A stretch of 64,000 bases of DNA from Dicyema japonicum (lineage: Eukaryota; Animalia; Dicyemida). Position 1 is the first letter of the stretch. The number at the start of each line of letters is the position of its first letter. The stretch spans positions 651,334-715,333 of the forward strand of contig RDEW01000032.1 in NCBI GenBank assembly GCA_011109175.1, given 5' to 3'. Below are positions 55,831 through 64,000 of the stretch, piece after piece. The translations under genes and the position numbers were made by a program. The notes under the pieces are model-generated. The model searched no databases, was not told the origin of the DNA, and worked only from the letters and a program-made list of their open reading frames with translations.

Positions 55831-56779
55831 TGACCACGTATTCCCTTTAATTTGTTGATGATTTTTGGTTTTAAATGAATACACGTGATGTTGTAGAATA
55901 AACTATGTATCGCTATAAGGATATAGTTGGCATCTCCACCAAAGAAAGCGATGGAAAGCTGGGGGAAATTTTCATAGAAGGTCGAGGATAACATTGCAGG
56001 TTGTTCTACAAATGGTGAATAAGGGGAAAGAATATGACATTCTCTCGTCGTACTGTTTAAGAAGAGGACGAAAGGTATTAGGGGATATCAAATTTTGTTG
56101 AAAACAAAATTGAAGGTCTAAGTAAAAGGCTTGAACTCTCTGAGACGTTACTCTGCAGGTAACCTCTGTTTTGAATTAACCGAAGACTGTTTTATTGACG
56201 TCTCGACCCCTCTGAGGGCATCATCGACGAGAACGAGTGCTTACGACGTGGAATAATGTGTAGAAATGAAGAATAAGCTGGGCGGACTCTGGTACGTGAT
56301 AGCAACATCTATCCTACCTATGATTCGAAGACACATGACTCATCCTGTATAAGGAAGAGGAAAATTGTGATGACTATGATAACTAGTGATAGTAAATTGA
56401 GCAATTTTATGCTGACTTTAGGGGACTTCTAACGAACGACAACGAAAATTCCTAAAAAGGACCGATCTTCCTAACAGTCTTCTTTAAAAATTCTTTTCAG
56501 ATAGCTTGAAACTCACCAAATTGTGAGCTGACTCCGTGTCCAATGAAAAGAGCAGTAAAGGATGTCTGCATCCCCCTTGTCAGTCTGGCATTGTTTGGTT
56601 AGCTGGGGACATTATTTCTCTTTAAACTATGATTATGGCTGTGGGCTTTCAAATCCCTTCGTCAAAGAAGAATCCTTCCTGTTGGGAAACTAACTGTTGA
56701 CCATAAAGAGGAGACCGAGTCCCTTGTTCACTTGGGATTCAGCGATGCGAATAGACCACAAGGTCATCTATAAGGCCAT

Positions 56780-56960
56780 TAATCCTGGTACTACGAGGAA
56801 GCGGGAGGATGCCTACGATGTGGTAGTTCTCCCGATTTCACAAAATGCACACCAAAACTTAAGGGAATGAAGAAATGCATCAACCGTGGATCGCCAAAGC
56901 ATAAAACGAGGTACAGGTGTCCCCCAATTGCCAAGGTGGTGCAAAGTCTATGGAAGAATA
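56780..56960 (+). mobile_element. Gag-like zinc knuckles (LINE ORF1 remnant)
   Basis: CLRCGSS..KC..KCINRGSPKH..RCP. Confidence 0.5.
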
Positions 56961-57682
56961 GATATTTTGAAGGAGTCCACTCTTCTTTTAAAAGACCTCT
57001 TAGTAACGCAAGAACCACGTTGGATACTGACCCAACCAGTACTTCTTGTACTGAAAAAGCAAATCACTTATTCACTTCTCAATCAGTTTTTGGTGGTTGT
57101 TGTTGACTGTGCCACTTCACGGATCATGGTGGATGGTCTCTAATCCAAATCTTTAAAATCTCCTCTGATGAGTAGCATCATTCTTTTCTTCAAACTTGGA
57201 GATTTGAACTCAGTATTATAATTTAGGGGGCCAAACCACTAGTCTCCTAATGGTGGAGACATGTTTCGTGATAGGAAACTCACCTTATAAGCTGGGGAGG
57301 CTACTGAATAAGGTAATAAACATATTTATGCCTCCTACAAAAGTTTATCTACCCCCTATCTGGAGTTACTTCAATTTTGTTAACTAGAAAAAAATTGGAT
57401 TTACTAATCAATATGTTGTCATGGAAACGCGAAGTGTATTGTTAAGAAATCTCTTTTTTTAGGTTTTTGCAGTATGCAACTATTTAATAGTCTAAAACTA
57501 AGATTATTTGGTTTCCATGCACAAAGGAGTCAGCCATGACACGATAGCAGAGACATAGTGCAATATAGCAACGTCATTGTTCTTCAATAGTGCAGCTAAT
57601 AGTAATGTGCAAACAAAGGAATCTACTGTCTCCCGAATATAATCTCCTTTACTGCAGGTATTACAGATCCTGGTTACAACCG

Positions 57683-57973
57683 TAAGGTACAACTACTCAA
57701 CTCACAACAGCATGTCTACAATTAAATGCAATATGCATGTCATGACTAATCCAATGCAGTGAATTGAAAATACTAAATATTCACAGATTTAAGATAGTTT
57801 GTAATATTTATCAAATGATAATTAAAANTAAGGTACAACTACTCAACTCACAACAGCATGTCTACAATTAAATACAATATGCATGTCATGACTAATCCAA
57901 TGCAGTGAATTGAAAATACTAAATATTCACAAATTTAAGATAGTTTGTAATATTTATCAAAAGATAATTAAAA
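57683..57973. other. Duplicate across a single N (57828)
   Basis: 57683-57827 versus 57829-57973. Confidence 0.85.
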
Positions 57974-58546
57974 AAGTGAAATAATAGTTATTTTCAAATA
58001 ATATAATTTACTTAACTTTAAAGCATTTAGACGATCCCAGCGGCGATATTGGCGTGATATATTTACGTTCGTTAGCGACGAATTGCAGTCAAGTCGATTT
58101 GCCGCCCACTCCAGGTGAATATTTGTTATTATTATTATTAAACCTGTGAATATTATTCTTAATAAATAAATGGCTGATTCATGTGATGTTTGTCTATAAT
58201 ATTTTGTAAATTATTATTAAATTAAATTAATAATTTTTAACAATTATTATTTTCTTTGTGAGCTAACCTGTTAACCAACTGCCATTGAATAGCAGTTCGA
58301 AGGTGAGACTTAGTGGCTTCGTTTTATCATATGCTAACTTGTGCTGATTTATCAATTATTTTCGTCGTTTGTCTCCCCTTATTTATCCTCGAAACCCTAT
58401 TTTATGACCTCATTTGATTTAATATGACGAATATTAATTCTAACGAAATTTCCTGCTTCTTTGAAAACTAAAGTTCTTTTACGCTTATTGATTTAGTTGG
58501 CGGTTACTGATACTTATATATAACTCATTTTACTCACATTTTTAGA

Positions 58547-60322
58547 ATGTATACTGATCAATCGACTCCCAGACCGGGCACTCCGTCTCTCCCACAAAAT
58601 TTCCCCCCTAGAAGAGTCCCAATATCACAGGAGGAACATAAAATGATTCAACAGAGGGCTATGCATCATAAAATGGTCAACTATGACCAACCGATGATGA
58701 ATCCACATCTCACTCGTGCCCCACAGATGCCAAGAAGACAGGCCTTCAATGCCGCTTCAGTCGTCAATCTTGCAGAGGGAAAAATTGGAGATATGAACAA
58801 GTTCCTAACAATGGCGCGCTCAAATACTCATCGCCTGGATCTCCAACTGCTGTATGATGTCACCAACGAGGCAAGATGTGAGGAGGTTATCACTTATCCG
58901 AAATTTAGCTATCTGTACACTCCTGGTGGGAGAGGTTTGTCGATGAGTTTTTCGAGGATGAATCTTCGCTAAGAATCACCGGATTTTTCGGTGGACTCGC
59001 CCGTTGTTTCGGTTTTTTGTTATAATCATGTGTCAGTTGTCGGCAAGTCACTGCTGGGTCGGTATTTCCGTTATTGTTTTGAGAACGGACTAATGATGCT
59101 CAACTACAGCCTCAGGCAGCCAGTCACGTGCTATCCGCGAATGAAAACCATGGTGGTGTTGTATCCCAACGCAGTTGCCCGCTCAGAATACAAGATGTGC
59201 AATCTCTCCTACGAGGTCGTGGTTAGTGGTACCCTGGAATTGGAGTTAAACCTTGCCACGAGCAGAATAAGGACGTTCACTTTCGAGCATTCATCATTCC
59301 GTGAACTAATCGACAAGGAGTCACTGAGAATGTACAGAAAGAGCGAGCAGAACTATCATTTTCTTTTCAACAACGTCACGGACAACGGACTTCCCCCTTT
59401 CATACTGCAGTTCTTGGAGATTAATACGGTGATGGAATCTATGAGGACGATGATGCTCCACTCCAAGACATACAATATCGAGCCCATGGAGGCAATCAGG
59501 GCACTCATCATAGAGTCACAGCGGAAACAGCAGTCAGAAGCCCACCCATACCGGGAGATTGTTCCTAGCCAACAACTGCCAAGTGTGGAGTCTTCCAGTT
59601 CTATAGGGAGGCCAACCTCCGCCCAGNAGCGAGCAGAACTATCATTTTCTTTTCAACAACGTCACGGACAACGGACTTCCCCCTTTCATACTGCAGTTCT
59701 TGGAGATTAATACGGTGATGGAGTCTATGAGGACGATGATGCTCCACTCCAAGACATACAATATCGAGCCCATGGAGGCTATCAGAGCACTCATCATAGA
59801 GTCACAGCGGAAACAGCAGTCAGAAGCCCACCCATACCGGGAGATTGTTCCTAGCCAACAACTGCCAAGTGTGGAATCTTCCAGTTCTATAGGGAGGCCA
59901 ACCTCCGCCCAGTCGGATTCGTATGACAATTGCGGAGGGAAGAAACAGAAGAAGAATGTGGGGAGACGGATTAACAGTACTGGTCGTTATAACATAGCCC
60001 CCACCACGGCTCCACGTGCTACTAGGAGGAGAACGAAGAAGCAGACGCCTCCCGGAAACGAGAGTTCTCCTCACATAACCAAAGTTCCCACATCTCCCTC
60101 AGGACTGGTAGTGTGTGTTGATTATTAGAATATGCTACTTGTGTCAGAGCCTAAGTTGTATGTGATGGACAGAATGTCTGACGATACCAAGACTATTCAT
60201 AGAGTGAGTTGGTTGGGTTAGAGTAGGAGACGAATGAGGTTAAGCCTAATATTGTTGAGAAGAAGAAAGATAAATGTGGATTTAATGACAGTGATTTCGA
60301 CTGTTTTGGAGATTTAGTGTGA
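58547..60322 (+). CDS. LDB: LIM-domain-binding protein (LDB/Chip) with dimerisation domain and LIM-interaction domain
   Basis: WWERFVDEFFED, VGKSLLGRYFR, FRELID, NVTDNGL and a LID-like MLLVSEPKL..DTKTIHR. Introns are 23, 25, 21 and 23 nt. It is interrupted by an N-duplication (59342-59626 versus 59628-59912), and the 3' end is duplicated again at 60332-60583. Confidence 0.88.
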
Positions 60323-61599
60323 TCTACGCTNCCAAAGTTCCCACATCTCCCTCAGGACTGGTAGTGTGTGTTGATTATTAGAATATGCTACTCGTGTCAG
60401 AGCCTAAGTTGTATGTGATGGACAGAATGTCTGACGATACCAAGACTATTCATAGAGTGAGTTGGTTGTGTTAGAGTAGGAGACGAATGAGGTTAAGCCC
60501 AATATTGTTGAGAAGAAGAAAGATAAATGTGGATTTAATGACAGTGATTTCGACTGTTTTGGAGATTTAGTGTGATCTACGATTATGTTGATACCATATT
60601 TTTATTAATAAATCATACTTTATGTATTTACGGGGGGTTTTAGTTACCATTAGGTGGGTTAGTTTTTTTACTATGGTTATTAGTACACGTAAACTGAGAG
60701 TTAAAAGTGACCGAATTGGGAGTGGTTGCTTCTTTTACGTTGGTTGAGATCATTTACATTATTTGAGTATGGTATCAATTTTGGAATAATTTGTAGAACT
60801 TCAATATAATTAGGGAGGGATGGCTGATTGATCACTTTTCTATGCAAATCATACGAGGAAGCGTGCTCTCAATCACGAGAGTTGCTTACAACACTTTGGA
60901 GACTTAAATCTTTTAATTGACTATGTTGAAGTCCCATTTACTGCAATAGTTCTTAATTTCATTGACTATTTGTAGACTTAAGGGGTTAATACTGCTGAAT
61001 GCCTATATTTATCAGTAATGTGGCTAATAATACTCACCTTACATGACAAAGGTAGAGTTAAACTTACAAATTCAGTAATATTCATAAACTAAATAACCTT
61101 GCTGACAATTTGCCCTAAGTATCCCAGTAAGACTGCTGATGTTGTCTTTAGTCACGTGTACGATCTGTGATGGCCAAAGTAAATAGATTTGTGGATTTAA
61201 AACTCATACAGATACCTAGAAAACTCCTAAAATATGAACTGACTACACGTCTGATGACAAGACCAATACAGGATACCCGTTTACCCCTTGTAGATCTTAA
61301 ATCACTGAGGATATTTCTTTTTTAACCTAGTGATCCTGTGGCGATTAAATATCCTGTTCGAATCCGCCATAAGTAATCCTGGGTCACTGAACTCTCCATA
61401 AGTAATGAGCCCTCACCTAAGTCATTGTAAATTCTTGCATTAATTATTTGATCATTGCTTCGATCACCCTTGAAATGAAGCTAATTATTCATTAGCTTTG
61501 AAGATATTAGCATAAAGAATGACTGACTATTTTTATCTTCAAGTCACGTGGTTTACTTATTGTGGTCCAGTGTCAATTTGACAAGAAGAGGAGACATTT

Positions 61600-62330
61600 G
61601 ACTACCTCAATGGTTATTTGGATGGGGCGACATGTAATATTTTCGCTCTCTCCTTGTTGCTTCTGTCTGACAATGCGGAACCAAGTCCGGTTAAGATTTA
61701 ACCATATTTTTTGTCGATGGATAGACTCCTAACGCCTACATTCTTCCTCAGAGGTTGCATCCGACTATTTGTACTCCTATTCAAGACATTCTATATGGAC
61801 TCATTTCTGTCACAATCAACCTACAGCTGTAGTGATTGCATCTTATCTGCTCTAACTCTTAACAGTCCTGAATTTCATATCAGGACCCCTATCCGAAGAA
61901 GTGACACTGCNGCTCTCTCCTTGTTGCTTCTGTCTGACAATGCGGAACCAAGCCCGGTTAAGATTTAACCATATTTTTTGTCGATGGATACACTCCTAAC
62001 GCCTACATTCTTCCTCAGAGGTTGTATCCGACTATTTGTACTCCTATTCAAGACGTTCTATATGGACTCATTTCTGTCACAATCAACCTACAGCTGTAGT
62101 GATTGCATCTTATCTGCTCTAACTCTTAACAGTCCTGAATTTCATATCAGGACCCCTATCCGAAGAAGTGACACTGCCACCTCTCCGTCACTGTGTTCAC
62201 TATGCACATCTCATGGAGTATCCATTTCTCAAGTAATTACATCCCGGTTGTGGGAATGTTCCATCCACGTGACAGGAAAGGTTTTATCCTCAACAATGGA
62301 TAAACTTCACTTATCATCTTAAGACCCGAA
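61600..62330 (-). mobile_element. LINE endonuclease remnant, partly duplicated across N at 61911
   Basis: NGYSMRC..RRGGSV and LGVYP; 61645-61910 versus 61912-62177. Confidence 0.5.
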
Positions 62331-63049
62331 ACTTCCCCAAGGTGAACCCCTTGCACCGAACAAGAGTTACTTTTCAAGCGCACCCCTCATAATCTGGTGG
62401 TATTGTGGACTTTAATTCGAGTCCACATGCATATTCAATGACATATCCCAGAGATCTATCGAGAAGATCGCTACAGTATTCACACAAATATTAGACCTTC
62501 CTGTCTGACATTCATCCTTTGTGATTGTATTCGCGTTGCAACCATATTATATGCCAGAAAACCCTCCCTCACCAGGGAATCCTTTAAAGGAAGACAGAGA
62601 TTAGATGTGGGACTTACATCCTCCTTGTGTTCTCTTAATTCAAGAATCTCCCAGTTAATTTCGAAGCCATAAGCATATATGGGGTCGTCTGATTGGGTGA
62701 CTTCACCATAAGCACCCCTGCGGAGTCTTCTGGAAGACGTTGAAAAGATTAAAGCATCTGATGAACTGGAAGGACTGAATAGTCCTATCCCCATAATACT
62801 TTATCACTCTGCCATTATGTGGACAAGTCCACTGCTTCATCACGTGTCACATGCACCTGTGATCCTTACGGTGTCCGTTATACACCGTAACCACCACGGA
62901 CGAGGGTCGTGTTAACCGTTTTATATAACTTCCTCTGTTTGCGTTCCAACATGGGAGTCTCAAGATCTGTTTCCCAGTTCATCACGGATGGCTTCAATTA
63001 GAAAGCTCACTGCGGACGATCCTCGTATCACTCGACATACAGAATGTCT

Positions 63050-63450
63050 CCGACTCTGGTTCGAGGTCACTTCTGATACAAGAGATCTTCACATCAAATG
63101 TACCTTAAACGTAAATATGTGATTGGATAATTTTCTTCAGGGCTCACGTGGAAAAGCTAGCTTTAGTAAAACAAATTAAAGATCACATTTACTTCCTAAC
63201 GGGGTCCCTCTGTCTTCAGTTCTATTTGATTTGTTTCTAAACAATAGGACCACGATACTTATTATCCTACACGGACGTTGGGGGATAACTTTCTATGCCT
63301 GCCGTGGTGGTACAATCACGACCTTACCAAATGTATGACCGACTATCCACCAATATTAGTATCCAAATTTCAGTTCACTAGCTGGGGGATTAATTCTTCG
63401 TGGGGTTCTTTAAATAAGTGGTCTTGGGGTAGCTTAAAAAATAAAAAACT
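63050..63450 (+). mobile_element. LINE RT remnant
   Basis: LDNFLQGSRGK..LLPNGVP; a family-type 3' motif gtggtcttgggg..aaaaataaaa lies near 63420. Confidence 0.6.
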
Positions 63451-64000
63451 CCTCACATTTAAGACTTCGCGGCTCAAGATGCTGAGAGAAAAATATCAGT
63501 TCATGATGGACAGAATCTTCCTTCAATAGATCCCTTCTGGATGTATATATGGATTCCTTTTCAGAAATCCGCGATTACTTAGTTGTCCGAGGCCAATATC
63601 TCCGATGAGTTATGGCCTCGTTCTTGATTCTATCTTCCGTGTATTAACCAGGAATGCAACCTCCTTAAATAACCATAGAAAGATCTAGAATCCCCAAGGT
63701 TTCAACAGAAATCCTTTCAAAGATGAATTTCTCCAAAATCACTTTCTAAAACAACATGAATGCGACAGAAGGACCTATGGCTGTAAGTGCTCTGTTTAAG
63801 TACGCTATGATCGACTCGGGTCTTAGCCATTCCCGTGGGCATAATTTCCCTAAAGTACATGCTGTTTAGATGCATCGCTCCATTGAGAAGGAGGATGATG
63901 AGCGGGAAAAAAGATTAATTAGATTGAGTTCGACTTGTCTAAGACCTGAGATTCTGACTCGATATTCTTGACTAGTTCCCCATGACGTCCTCCTCCATCC

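Noticed and set aside
61330-61375. GTTCGAATCC B-box-like motif suggesting a tRNA or SINE
   Set aside because: No A-box or cloverleaf pairing could be built.

Overview
AT-rich eukaryotic nuclear DNA, probably from an animal and likely a reduced parasite; it is not prokaryotic, and I found no CRISPR array, rRNA or convincing tRNA. Six or seven host genes sit as compact islands: a CCDC83-like coiled-coil gene (-), a MARK/Par-1 kinase (+), RRP5 (+), Aquarius/AQR (-), a tetraspanin (-), adenylosuccinate synthetase (-) and an LDB/Chip gene with a LIM-interaction tail (+). There is also a disrupted SLC5 symporter. Every confidently placed intron is a GT-AG intron of only 20-26 nt, which is why the ORF track fragments these genes. 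The intergenic space is filled with decayed and nested transposons: APE-type LINEs, RTE, CRE-like, hAT, Tigger/pogo, Tc1/IS630 and MITEs. The main unexplained signals are the ultra-short introns with a retained but N-terminally shortened AQR, an apparent several-fold excess of the hexamer CACGTG in all sequence classes, and unpaired AG acceptors just upstream of start codons. Six single-N junctions flanked by near-identical duplicates look like uncollapsed haplotypes. A dicyemid or myxozoan origin is an inference only. All translations and counts were made by hand.
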